Assembly (NCBI GenBank): GCA_973895155.1
Contig: OZ316897.1
Location: 4,558,211 to 4,622,210, forward strand
Reading direction: 5' to 3'
Source: Marsupella aquatica
Taxonomy: Eukaryota; Plantae; Marchantiophyta
Length of the DNA stretch: 64,000 bases
Part shown: positions 51,197 to 64,000 of the stretch, piece after piece
Numbering within the stretch: position 1 is the first letter of the stretch
Layout of the letters: each line of letters begins with the position of its first letter
The notes under the pieces: generated by a model
What the model was told of the DNA's origin: nothing
Database searches by the model: none
What the model saw: the letters and a program-made list of their open reading frames with translations, nothing else
Position numbers and translations under genes: made by a program

Positions 51197-51270
51197 GTTT
51201 AGTTTAGTTTAGTTTAGTTTCGTTGCGTTGCGTTGCGTTGCGTTGCCTTGCGTTGCGTTGCGTTGCGTTG
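51197..51270. repeat. Compound pentanucleotide microsatellite (GTTTA)n(CGTTG)n
   Basis: Read directly from the sequence. Confidence 0.95.
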
Positions 51271-51329
51271 AGTACAGTAGTGTTGTCCTGGTGGATCAAA
51301 ATCCCATTCTCGGTCGAGTTTGCCCAGTT

Positions 51330-51680
51330 TCTCAAGGTTTTTCTTCGACCCTCCATGTCGGAACTCTCTTTTCTCTTTCTTGTGCTTTAGCTCTCGTTGT
51401 GGTTGGGCTGTGTTTTTTCGTGACGTGAAGTAGTTGGTTTTGGGGTGTTTGATCTTGAGGCCTACGGGAGCATTGTTCTGGTTCGTTCATCTCATTTATT
51501 TTGTACATCCGCCGATTTATGTCTCAAGGTTTTTCTCGATCGCCGAATGCTCTTTTCTCTTTTCTCGTATTTGAGCTCTCGTTGTCGTTGGCCTGTGTTG
51601 TTTCGTCATGTGAAGTAGTTGGTATTGTGGTTTTCGATCTTCTGGCCTGCTGAGCATTGTTTTGTTTCGTTCATCTCATT
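51330..51680. repeat. Diverged duplication (period ~192 bp) upstream of the SNRNP40 start codon
   Basis: TCTCAAGGTTTTTCT...TCGTTCATCTCATTT starts at 51330 and 51522. Confidence 0.8.
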
Positions 51681-51738
51681 TCCAGTGCTGCTTGAAGCGC
51701 ATTTTGTAGGTCTGCCGCTTTGAAGTGCTGCTATCGCA

Positions 51739-53469
51739 ATGCAGGCTAAACGCGGTCCCGAGGAGTCGGACCTTCCTATCATTGCCTCTAAGCGTCCGCG
51801 CACCGACGGGACCCTCGTCGTCGCGGATGGAGAAAATGTGAGTGCCTGTCTGTTCACTGATTGTACAACAATTAGTGCTGTAATGTTTATGCGTGCTTAC
51901 TAGACATCTAGTCTACGTCTGACGTAGAAATGAACGACCAAATAGCCAGGTCTAGATCGATGATCTTCGCTTGCTTGCTAATGGAGACCAGTGACCGTAA
52001 GATTTTGCGGTCAATGTGCGCATTTTAGCTGTCTGGTGTGTCGTTGGTGAAGCTTTTGCATACGAATTGTTGCGGCATACAATTGTGAAACGTTCTTAAA
52101 GGGCGACCTTGATGGCAAGCTAGTATGACGTTTAGGCGCAATTGTAGCATCGTCAGAGTTTGCAGGTAAATATCGTCCTAGATTACGCATCAGTGAATGT
52201 AGCAAATATTCCGGTAATGCGTGGTAAGTTATGTGTTACATTCTAAACCGATTTAGGTCAAGGACTACATTTTGAACGACGAATTTTCGTAATTTGAAGG
52301 TGGTCCATCTGACCTCTTCTCGTGAAGGAGAGTTCAGCACTCCTCGAGTTAAGATATGCTTAGATGCCCTGTGTTAGGGTTTTAGCTAACATTTTCAGAC
52401 TTCGGTTTCAGTGGACGTGGACTACAATGGACTAATACCCCTGCTAGTAGCTCTTGACCTTGTTGACGTCGTTGGTATCTTGCAGGGCCTCCCCGAGAAG
52501 AAAGAACTGGGGTTCACTCGAGATGGCGTTAAGCGAACCTCCAGCCTTGATGCCCCTATCATGCTGCTCACAGGACATGGAGGGGCGGTCTTTAGTATGA
52601 AATTCAACCCTCAGGGAACGGTGATTGCGTCGGGAGCGCACGATAAGGAGATTTTTCTTTGGAATGTCCAAGGAGATTGCGATAATTTCATGGTCTTGAA
52701 GGGACATCGAAATGCTATTTTGGATCTTCATTGGACGAGCGATGGCTCTCAAATTATTTCTGCTAGCCCTGACAAGACTGTTCGAGCGTGGGATGCTGAA
52801 ACCGGCAAACAGATTAAGAAGATGGCAGAGCATTTATCATTCGTAAACAGTTGCTGCCCTGCTAGGAGAGGACCACCTCTTATAGTGAGTGGCTCTGATG
52901 ATGGGTCCGCTAAGTTGTGGGACATGAGACACCGTGGTTGTCTGCAGACTCTGCCCGATAAGTATCAAATCACTGCCGTAGGATTCTCAGATGCAGCCGA
53001 TAGAATCTACTCCGGAGGTATTGACAACGAAATTAAGGTGTGGGATTTGAGGAAGAACGAAGTTTCGATGAGGTTGCTGGGACATACAGATACCATCACA
53101 GGAATGCAACTAAGTCCAGACGGATCTTATCTTCTCACAAATTCCATGGATTGTACGTTAAGAATATGGGACATGCGCCCTTATGCACCCCAGAATCGCT
53201 GCGTGAAGATATTCACAGGTCATCAACACAATTTTGAGAAGAACCTTCTGAAATGCAGTTGGTCGGCAGATGGGAGCAAAGTTACTGCGGGTAGTGCTGA
53301 CCGAATGGTATACGTTTGGGACACAACCTCACGGAGAATTCTGTACAAGCTGCCTGGGCACTCTGGCTCTGTAAATGAATGTGTTTTCCATCCGAGGGAG
53401 CCCATTATTGGTTCTTGTGCTAGCGACAAGCAGATTTATCTAGGCGAAATCGACCCTGCTTTACGATAA
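51739..53469 (+). CDS. SNRNP40: U5 snRNP 40 kDa WD40 protein, 360 aa
   Basis: Exon 1 51739-51837 (MQAKRG..SKRPRTDG, donor GTGAGT) and exon 2 52486-53469. Motifs RTSSLDAPIMLLTGH, WDMRPYAPQNRCVK, HNFEKNLL and LYKLPGH; seven WD repeats. Confidence 0.95.
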
Positions 53470-54050
53470 GTTGTAAGGCCCCGTATGTTTCTAAGCAACT
53501 GTGTATTTCCCCTTCTGCCCTTCTTTGCCGGGTTTTGAGTGGTGGCAAAACAGATCTTGTGAACCATGCATGCTTTCCAAATTCGTCTCATAACGCTTTT
53601 TCTGAAAATATGAGAGACCCCTTCAAATAGAAACTGTGTGAGGTCATGCAATCACTGGTCATCCACGTCGAGATTCAAGTCAGTCGATGTATAGTGGTAC
53701 CTCATTTATACTACCCAGCCTAAACCCTGTTTCCACATGAGAGAAGCACTCTGGAGATGATCTTGCACGAAACCAGAGAGTGGGCTCAGAGATTTGACTT
53801 CGTGCTTGTACCTAAGGGAATCGTGTATACGGAGCTTGAAAGTAAAGTGGGTAGAGTCTTCTATCTTAGCAGCATTTCCTGACGTACACTATCGGTAACC
53901 GTCCTTCATGTATAATCTGAGTACACTCCCGACACCTTACCTTTCAGATAACGGCAATGGAAGAGATCGACCATGGCAAAATGCACTGTTAACTGTCATA
54001 CGCTTGTACGTTTGAGTGGTGTGTGATCTGAAGCGTGTTCCCATGAATTC

Positions 54051-54122
54051 GATCAAATCGATTATGCGAAAACACAAGCATCTACCCCTTATGGAATCTT
54101 AGGTGTCAAAGTGTGGGTTTCA
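54051..54122 (+). other. rps3: Small nuclear insertion of mitochondrial DNA (NUMT): rps3 C-terminal fragment
   Basis: Translates to DQIDYAKTQASTPYGILGVKVWVS, the conserved end of plant mitochondrial S3. The flanks are non-homologous. Confidence 0.8.
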
Positions 54123-55320
54123 CGGTAGGGTAGATTGGAACGGTCATCAATGAATTTTGCTGGAGCAGCTCACAATCTTTTCAAAAATTACCATTAAGGT
54201 TTGTTGAGTCCAAAATGACAATCGTCTAATCACATGACCTGAATTTTGGAAGTATGAAGCAGAGATATGTCGTAAAAAGGAGTTTTGTTGCAACTCGTAA
54301 GGAGTTCTGTTGCCACCAAATGTACTGTCAAGTTTTGCGGTAGGTAGAGATACTCATAGATACCATTTCGAACCTGTTTGAGACCGTCGGGCATTTTCAA
54401 AAAGTTACCTTGTATTTGCACGAGTTGCGTAGGTCATAAATCGCTTGTCACAGCAAACAGAGCGTCACGAAATCACGTACTCGGGCCTCCTCACCAATTA
54501 CCCAATGGCTGTACAGGATTGGAATATTTTGTGAAGTGCTGTGAAAGTTGGAAAGTCCCAACCATTTTATTCTAGACAAAAATTGGTCAAAAATCTTACC
54601 TGAAATCTTGGCCAAGATTATTTATAGTAGACATATCTTGTTGGTACATCATCTAGTGCTTTTTTTGAAAGAGTAATGTGAAATCTGATGCATTGCAGCC
54701 GTCAACTTTGGCCCAAAATAGTAAAATCGAACGAAAAATGATACCCATTTTTGACTCCAAATAAACTTTATTAGACCACTAACGCTCAGACGTGTGCTTA
54801 GAACTTAGGTCTGAGCACAATTTGCCTTGCGCACGGCTCCACGTCCTGCCGCCGGGTGAACAATTGAATAAAACAATGAAACAATGAGTAATAGCTGAAA
54901 GCTCGAACTGGAAACCATGAGAAACCCTAAACTACAGACCCAAACACACAAAAACTGGGACTACTTGGTGACCCGAGAATTCGTGAAGACAGTGTGTCCC
55001 ACGAGGAAATATTGCCTGCCAGTGACATGAACTATTATCAGCCAGGCTGATTTTGGAAGGCTTCCTGGTTCAAGCCGGTGATGGGTCACTCCTGAGCGCC
55101 AGTGTGGAAGTACCGCTGGTAACAATTCGGCAGGTTTCTTCCGAGGATGTATTCTGCAGTGAAAGAAATGCGGGAGCATTGCAGGCTCCTCTCCATCATG
55201 GGCTGCCTCAAGGTACCTCCAGATGTTGGTGGCGGATATCCTGAGAAGGCCTGCCTTCATAATTTCGGGTCTGGATCCCAGTGGAATTGAGTCAAACCAC
55301 CTTCCCGAAATGTTGTGTGA

Positions 55321-58300
55321 TCAGGCTATGTTATAGACAGGATCCAATCCTTCCCTTAACGACTCGTAAAGACTCTGAGCACGCTTGAAGGAGTAAATGT
55401 CATTAATTATCTTTGGTTCGTTTCTAGACTTCGGTGATTTCTGTGAGTCCTCTTTCGTATTACCATTATCCACTGCATGGACGCCATTACCATTACCCAT
55501 TTCACCTTCAACATGGATGGACTCCTTCCCGAGATCACTGGATACCCCCTTCGTCGCAGCCTCGTAATCTTTTCTGTGTATGCTTCCAAAAACTTGCAGG
55601 CTGAGTTTTTTGCGTTTAGGTGCATTTCGTTGAATATATTCCTTGAAAAAGGAAAGTAGAGTCAGCTTGTCAACTTGCTTTAATGCTGCAACCTGCAGAA
55701 CATCCAGTGTCAACTGTTTAGTTCAGAGCACGGTGACCGCCTGTAGCTGACCCTTACACATTGCAGTGCCCCAAGTAGACAAAACTGTTCTGTAAGGTTG
55801 ATGATCAAGAAAATCATGCCATCGTTTGCCACAAGTTTGAAGAACTGGTTTAATTTCTCCTTGTCTAAATTAAGACGGGAAATCACAATCTGGGCGGCAC
55901 TAATGTGGTAGCCTCCACCAGGGTCCTTCTGGTGTGCACGTGTTAGCATCACCCAGAGTATCTCTGCCAGAAATTCCAGTACATTACACTGACGCTTGTG
56001 CCCATAAGTCTTTTAGCAACACTAGTCAAAATAGGTCACAAGCTTAGAGATACTAGAAGAGCAGAAGGTACTCACTTCAATCATAGGTCTGTCAAATTTG
56101 AGAGTTCCATCATCGATTTCTCCCCAGAAGAAGCTGCTTTCTTCCCAGAGATTTTTGTGCTTCTCCAACTTCATTTCAATCAGTGCATCTACATGCCTCT
56201 GAAGAGCGACCACAGGAGATAAGCATGATTAGTAAATGAAGGAGATCCTAATAAGGCTGCCCATCCTTCCAACTGTAAAGTGTTTACTTCCACGAGTAAC
56301 CTGATGCTAATCACTCTCTTAACTATCAGTCAATGTTGAACACCCAAGCTGTCCTGCGATATCCACCTAGAGTAGAGGTTTTAACTAGGAAATTAAGCAA
56401 AGGTCCAACAAGGGCATACCTTGAATTCCTCATCTGTCATTTTGTTTAACGATTCTGAGTGCCTTTCAAGAAATGCTTCGACCCTTTCATCAAGATCTCC
56501 AGGGGCCTGACACAAAAATTTAATAGTCCAAGATAATCAGAAGACGACACGAGGTGTGATAAGAAATAATTTCATTGAACATTTCTAAACCACATTGATG
56601 ACGACCGGCTGACGCACAAGAAGCGATTGTTTGAGAGAACACAATATTTCCTTTTGGAGTACGATTTGGGAACACTGTTCCCTTAAACCTCCATGACACA
56701 GTAACAAAATTCAACTGGTTGCCTTCAAGGACATCCCGCGATCACCTCAGCTACATATTGAAAAATACCTATTTCCGAAAGGAAGTCTATTAAGATACTT
56801 CTTAGCGATAGCTTATCCAAGACGCCCAGCGACATGATGGTCCAGTGCTGGACAGTTGCACTGTCTGAAGATTGACACTTTAGGCCAAGCATTGCAGACT
56901 ATTGAAACCTTTCGTCTTGAATGCCTTTCTAACACTTCAGTCGATCAAAGTGCAGAAAATTTGACAACCAACCGGAACCTTAACGTTGAACAAATCTCAC
57001 ATGCTGATTTCCTGGGTACACTCTAAATCTGCGATAGTAGTTGACTCCCGAACAGGATAATTGAGCCTACTATGAAAGCTTTAGTGCTCTTCTTGATTTA
57101 ATTGTGACCAGAGCAACTAGACAGCCCTAATAACCAAACAGGCATATGGCAGCAGATACTACCTTTACAGTAGACTGAATGATAAACTGGATTCCGCGCA
57201 CCCCAAAATCATTTCTGGAATAAAAGTAAACGAAGTCAATTAGACAACATGCCACTTGAGGAAAGCATCCGAAGAACTACCTTTGAAGCTTGACTGACTT
57301 TACTGAAAACCTTACAACTAAGCAGAGTAGACTCTCGACCCCTACAAGTTTAACAAGGTTTGCAAAATTACTTCGGTGCAAGGAAGACCAGGTAGCCAAG
57401 TTGCTCCACTGTTCTGAGTTGGTGGAACGCACCCTCCTTAGCAGTTAAAACTAAGAGTTCAATGAGAATATTAAGCTCTGTGTTGTCGTGAGCAACCTAC
57501 AAGAACAGACAAAAATATGTATCATGGGCAGAACTAGGAAAGCCTCACTTTACCATGTGCAACATCAGGCTGAGAATCAACATCCACAAAGAAAATTCTG
57601 GACAGACTGTGATTTCCATCTGTTTCTGTGCTATGACTTGTATACCAACCAACACGAAAGAAAGATGCCGCCCCTTATCACTCCAACATACCTGAAAATA
57701 TACTTGCAAAGCAGAGTTCTCGTCTTGTGGATTCAGGCCGGTTGTCAAATATGAGAAATTGGCACCATCGCGCAGTCTCACAATTCTCTGCTCCATGAGT
57801 TGGGAACGGAATGGAGGTTTTGATCTCACAACCGGGCCCTGGGACAAGATGTTCTCAATATGGCTGAGTAACGTTTCGGCATCCTTGGATGCAATATTGC
57901 CTGTCCCAGTGTACAAAATTGCAGAACTTAGGGCCAAAAATGAAAACTAAGAACTTGACCAAATCATGTGTAACTCTTGCAAGCACATCCTCATTTCTGA
58001 ACGAATTTTAGTAGTAAAACGTTTATCTGTGGAATTTGTTCATGTTGTGGATGATAAATTCTAAAGTGCAGGGTTCTCTTACACTATGGCATATCTCGAA
58101 CATCAATATCCTTATAACTGGAGAGTTTTACGAGTCGTATTTCAGTGATTGTAGTCTACTGTCCCTGAATACGTCCATACGCCAGAAATAACTCCAAAGA
58201 ATTCACTCTAATCCAACGAGTGCGTCAATGTCTGTCACCCTTAGATGAGAAATTGGTGGGTAAGTTCAGTAGAGATCTAGTTGAATTCAAGACTGGATTT

Positions 58301-61300
58301 GAAGATTCTTGAGCTAGTCTGCTACATTCGCTGCCCAATGTACTGGGCTCATTGCGCACAGGAAGTCTAGTTGCAATGTTGCTCCCATCGCCCTATACGG
58401 TCCTTGCGGACCTGTTACTTCATAGACTCATTTTTGGTTTGGTCAGACAATCATTGTAAACAAACTGGAGGAGAGAAGGAGCCGAACCTGCAACATAACA
58501 CTCCATGAAAACCCTACAAAGAATGTGAGGAACCATCAGCCGTAGCTTGTCTGCCGTCAGTTCAGGGAGAACTTCAATGTACTCGTCTAAATGCCAGAGC
58601 TTATGCTCTAGGAGTAGCGAACAGTTGTAAAGTGCTTGCTGATAGGGTTGCTGGAACCGGAAATTTAGGTAGTCCTTCAAAGTCTTTTGCTGCATGCAAA
58701 CAACAAAAATTGAAGTGAGTCGATGACAAGCATAGTTCTAGGTAGGAAACGGGTATGGATCTTTTATCAAAGCCAGAAGTAAAAATCAGGAGCAAGGTGA
58801 ATTAACAAGACCTTCATGATCTCGAATCGATCATCATCCACTTCAAAGTTGACTATTTTTTCAATAATTTTCTCCACCAGCACGATGAGTTTGTCATTGT
58901 ATCCGGATACAGACACCTGCAAAGCAACCCAACTAAGTTCGATCAATGAATCTTCAAATGCCAGAAAATTAATCCTGGGACCTAGCTAGCAGCAGTGTTT
59001 CCTAGTGTCAATAACACAAACGATTGCAACTTCCCAAAGTCCTTGTAAACCAAGAAGAGTGCAACGAAAGCAACCAGAACAAGAAACTCTGTATTCTGAG
59101 AAAGGAGACAGAAGAGTTCGACAGCCTATTGCCCAATTGCTACCCCAATTTTTAGCATTCAACTTTTCTATACGACCCGAGAGGACCTTGGGAGTCGGCT
59201 ATGACAAATAGCCAAACTTCTCATGGAAATAAAATGCAGCCCATGTGCACAAATTTGTAATAAACGGTTTTGATGGCGGCAGGAAAAGTTCTGAAGCTGA
59301 AAAAAACACTCCTCGAAAAAGAGAGTGACACCCAAAGATGATCACAAACAATGCAAATTGTGTCCAACCTCCTTGATAGAGTACTGTACCTGGAAACCAT
59401 TCACAGAAGCCTGTATCTTGTAGCTTAGACCTGCTACTTCAGCATAGTAAGCTGCACATCAACAGTACACAGAAAACAACTAGAAGTACTTCAGTTACAA
59501 ATTATAGCAAAATCTTTTTAAGACAGTATGAACATCACATATGATGGGGTTCAGAATTGACAAGAAAGACACCGGTTTTAAAAAGTTGAAGAACACTTAC
59601 CATATTCATTCAAGTAGTCCACAAGCAACTTGGTAAAAAGTTTGGTCAAAACGTTGGCTTCAGGTGAGTAATTGGACTCTGGACAGTTAAAGTGGATTTT
59701 TATGCAGGCCTTTGGAGTGGAAAACTTTGTATCAGGCTTATACCAGAGCCTTGACATTGATGTTCTTCGAATTACACCTGGAAACTGCACCTGGAAGACA
59801 GCACAAGAAAGACCGTTTAACAAGCAGTATGTTTAAACTTTATTTTATAATTTATATTTATGCAATTGTTTTAATTCTAATCCGAACTCCAAATTTCGAC
59901 CAGGTATACGTGCAAGACGAGAATTTTCAGTGTTCCTAGTCACCTTAGGTTCTGTGACTTCGATGAGGCTGAAATCTTTGGGGATGAAAACATTGGCAGA
60001 TGGCAGGTGCAATCTTGGGTCAACTTGTGCTGATTGCCAACCCTGCAAATCATAAAAGGCCGTCGCTGCTCAGATTCAAGCATTCTGTTATAACCATAAT
60101 TGATGAGATAGCTGGGCCGAGGAATGTAAGGAAAAGCGTGTTTCCAGGTTGTAAAGATTGCTTTCGATATCCACCGAGACTCAAGAAAGACTTGTCCCCG
60201 TTCATCATCTCGTTTGCTCACAAAAATGCTCGCACTGATTCAACAACAAACGATGCAAATCCGCGTTCGTCCATTCTTGACGAAAACATTAAGAGATTTT
60301 GTATACGGATTCTGTTAACTCAACTCAACGATCTAACTTTTCCCTGGAGGGGCACGAAGCGGCGGAATGAAAACAACTCCACAAAATCAGTGCACATATT
60401 CTACTGGAGGCTCGTGTGTACCTTGATCAATCTCTCATCCATCTTCTCAACAGTGTAAGAGGTCCCATACCAGGGCTCAACTTCTGTTGCAACGGATTGA
60501 AATTGTTTCGAATGCCAGAATATCCTGCCCAGTTGAAGGATCACTTGATTCATCAGTTTCCAAAGAGAGCCTTTCAGAAGCATAGCTTCATCAAACGTTC
60601 AGGATGTGTGAGCATAATATTAGAGTTAATGAACAATATACAAAATCATGAGAGTAGAGAGAAGCCGTGGACATACCTCACATTAGGAACAGACAACTCG
60701 TTTATTGCTTTTGCGATGACCTCACTGTCGAACTTACGAGGCAAGAGAGGTCCTGCAAGCCAATCTGATGCAGGATAGAGCTGCAACGAAAAAGGGAGAC
60801 ACGAGGCTAAGCAATAAATCATCAACCACAGCCATAGAGAAGAAAATCAATCAAGAAACCGATTCGAATGAATCCCAAGAGTTAGTTCTAGAAAAAACGA
60901 TTCAGGCCGAACAAGTATACTTTCGGACTCCCATGGATGGAGAACGAGCAATGTGATAAGGAGCTGGGTCAATTCAAATCTTAAACTTTACATCTCCACC
61001 AGAGGGGCAACGAGTGTAGTAAGAATCGGGAAATACGTTACTCGAGAGATGCAATATTACCTGCATATTGTTTGCAAGGTTCGTGACATAACTGACTGGA
61101 GGCTTCTTGTCTTGGAAGTGGAACTTCATGTCACAGACAGCTTGCAGCTAGCAACAGTAACCATGATGTGAGCGACTGCGAATGATAATCAATGTGGCCG
61201 TACACCTGATGCTGTTCTCAAATATAATAAGAATAGCTATAAATTATATGAACATATCCTTCACATTACAGCATTGTCGTGTATCAGAGAGCAAAGGGTA

Positions 61301-63714
61301 GACATCCTATTGTTGTACCTCTTCGAATATCCAGCGCTCAATACCATCCTTTTTCAGAATGCTCAAATATTGGAATGCTAATCCAATAACCTCCTCCACA
61401 TGCTCTGCATTCCACCACTGATGTCTCAGGGTACGACGAAACAAAAACTGTTGATAACAAAAAATCACTGATCTCTACAATTAAACTCACGTTAAGCTCA
61501 AAAGTTTTTCTCCCTCCATCCACTCACACCCTCCACTCAACTAGAAGTAAAAGACACAACAGGTGCCAACTCAGACAACGAGATGGAAGAATGCTATACC
61601 TTGGCCGAAATCCGTGAGCTCAATATCCAGAACAAAAAATGCGAAGTCAATAGTACTCTCCACTTCACCTGCACTTAAACTATTGGCCCAGCCTGCACAA
61701 AAGACCACTTCAAAAGATGTGATAGTGGTTTGGAGCTGTGTGACTCCAGCCTGGGTGGTATGGCTTGAACGAAAAACATCTGGAGGAAGATTCTGAAACA
61801 GAAGCTCGTTTCTTCATTATCGACTCAAGGAAAACCACTAGCTATTTCTCTAAGGATGTCCAGAATAGCAAAGTTTCCTGTAAACCAAACGAATCTTATA
61901 TACCTCATTAGCCTTATTCCATTAACTTGAATTAATCATAATCTCATTCAAATCAAAACGGCACACATGGGGCCGCGAACAGCGCGGCAGACGGGAAATG
62001 AAATCAAATTGTGCACGCCATCCGTACACAGGCCATCTTTTCTCCACCTCTTTAATCAATTTTGTTCCAAACTTCTCGTACGCCCCGATGGCAAGGAGAA
62101 GAGAAACCACAATGTATCTGCCATAGCAAACTTCTACAAATAAGCACACGTAATCCTGTGATAAGTGAATGAAACAGAGGGATAGAGACCACAGCACAGA
62201 CCTTGCTGCTTGAGAAGGGAGAAAAGGGATCCATCTGCTTCATGACCAATAAGGTGTGCTAGGTACAATGAAGGTGCTGCATCATAGTTCTGAATCTCTG
62301 GTGTGATGGGCCACACTAGCATGAGAGAGTGCCCTTCTCGTACAGGAACAGCTTTGACCAATAACTGTAAAAACGAGAACGAGATGTCAAACCAAAGAGT
62401 GAGAGAGTTCAAAATGAAGGCATATCACACAGGGTGACTAGCTGACGTGAAGTCATACGAGGAAACCAATAGACTGACAATAGAGTCCGAGTGAGAATTA
62501 TTCGCATCTCGAATAAAGGACCATCAGCGGCAGAGCAGCACACTTTTAACGGTGCAGCCAAACAGAAACTATCAACGATATGCTTAAGACTTTACTTGCA
62601 AGTGCTCTTCTCCACATGGCAGGCCGGCAAAACGAGGAACGTCTTTTGCGGTGTTACGAACTTCACCGAACCTCTCTTCTATGAGTTTCTGAAGGCCGTC
62701 TAAACTCTCTGCACAGTAACAGCAAACAATTCGGTCATCAGATCATCCCCAAGTCACCGTGAAATGACGAATTCAAGCACATCATGGGATTATAAACGGT
62801 TGATAGCGCCACTGCCGACTTAAAATATTCACTCTCGAACACAAAACCTTACTGCCATCGACAGTAAAGAAGTCTGTGGATATATAATACTCAAGACTGT
62901 ATCAACTTTCTGCAGATCAAACTAGTCCGAGTCCTCTAGAATGGGTCTATCAAGTTCCAAACTGACAGCTTATTGACAAGAATATGGCCCTAGTTTGTCG
63001 AGTTCTTACCTCTGCCATAGATAGCTAGACACATCAAGTTCGAAGAGTATCGTGCCTCATAAAACTTAATTAGCTCTTCACGCGTGTCAACTCCCTGTTC
63101 TTTGGGTCTAACTTCTAGAGTTTCCAAATTTCCTGCAAAAAATTCGTAAGAAGTTCAGGGCCCATCCAGGTCTAGATGATCCAAAATTAATTAAAAACAC
63201 TAGACAGAAGTTTATAGACGGGCTTACCAGTCCCAAATTTGTGGAATGGATGATCTTTGGAGCTCAGATGTCTTGCTAACTGTAGGTCAATTCACACACT
63301 GCATCAATTAGTATTCCAAGCAATGGCATTAATACCGATGCGGTCCATAGGGCACCTACTTATAGCACTCAAATATCCTAATAAGTTGGAGGTAAAATTT
63401 TGTAATCTAAATGGCTACATAGAAGATAAGAACCCATCTGCTCATTTCCTTCACCTGAAAGAGGAAACCCTGCAATTATCTTACATATAGAACACCTCGC
63501 ATAGTGAACACGTTCACATCTGATCTGAACTCCTTCCCTCATTATACAACAAAAGCCTCCGAGGTCTCTATAATACTTTGTTGAATAATATTGATTGCGG
63601 GTTTCATGGAGTGAAGTAATTAGCTCTTCCAGGAAGCAATTAAAGTATGAGTTGCATCTGGCCTACGTACCTGGGCCATGCGCCAGACATCCACGGTGAG
63701 ATTCTTGCTGTTCT
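55321..63714 (-). CDS. Insulin-degrading-enzyme-like M16A zinc metallopeptidase (insulinase); 5' part lies outside the window
   Basis: 21 in-phase exons: 63714-63671, 63279-63228, 63132-63010, 62708-62596, 62364-62202, 61692-61600, 61404-61319, 61147-61061, 60780-60677, 60524-60422, 60042-59944, 59790-59601, 59451-59390, 58916-58812, 58689-58488, 57900-57692, 57496-57372, 57214-57163, 56506-56420, 56198-56076, 55692-55321. Motifs HPFHKFGTGN, EPWYGT, LWYKPD..F..PKA and FHQLRTVEQLGY. The HXXEH exon is beyond 64000. Confidence 0.93.
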
Positions 63715-64000
63715 CTGTTGAACAATGCACGACGCAAATCTTTCAGGTATTAGAAAATTCATCACAGAAATCTATTCAAACAGGCTTTTCTACTTTTCTG
63801 GGATCGAGGGTGCAGCATTGAGGCTCTACACTTCGTGATCGTCAGGGACGAGCCCTCCAAGCTAAAAACAATTAACTGTGACGTAATGGAACCACCTACA
63901 ATATTTAACCTACTTACAATTATGAGAAGCTACTATCCAATCCACTTTTGAAAAATACAATCAAGGTTAACCTAACGCGATAAAGACGGCCTTCACTGAA

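Noticed and set aside
52411-52485. GTG-started N-terminus of the 352-aa WD40 ORF
   Set aside because: Intronic; the acceptor TGCAG ends at 52485 and a proper ATG exon exists at 51739-51837.
7821-63714. Functional gene cluster (peroxisomal MDH, insulinase, chorismate mutase)
   Set aside because: Unrelated housekeeping functions, and the insulinase lacks a PTS1; nothing indicates clustering beyond chance.

Overview
Eukaryotic nuclear DNA from a land plant, probably a bryophyte or liverwort. That assignment is an inference from the GT-AG introns, the protein sequences and a small mitochondrial rps3 insert. I could splice five complete host genes by hand with consistent exon phases: peroxisomal malate dehydrogenase (+, 7821-10729), an intronless glycine-rich RNA-binding protein (+, 28599-29141), plastid chorismate mutase (+, 37891-40408), a DNAJC25/C50-type J protein (-, 42068-47433) and U5 snRNP 40K WD40 (+, 51739-53469). 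The window also holds the last 21 exons of an insulinase/M16A peptidase (-, 55321 to beyond the window end). The most notable structure is a three-layer nest at about 16.3-27.8 kb. It contains a decayed, intron-containing tyrosine-recombinase gene of the Crypton/DUF3504 type whose catalytic R, HxxR, H and Y residues are still readable. A complete Ty1/copia element (TSD TCAAG) splits its first coding exon, and the halves rejoin in frame once the element is removed. A 5'-truncated LINE (17-bp TSD) sits just after its stop codon. The gene is bracketed by a 33-bp inverted repeat, and its left end carries two dyad sites shaped like tyrosine-recombinase core sites. Removing the two nested inserts reconstructs a candidate plant Crypton-like DNA transposon of about 3.2 kb. 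The intergenic DNA also contains MITE-like hairpins, dispersed repeats, tandem duplications and two copies of a TSD-less 1.5-kb element. All coordinates and counts were made by hand; no database search was run.
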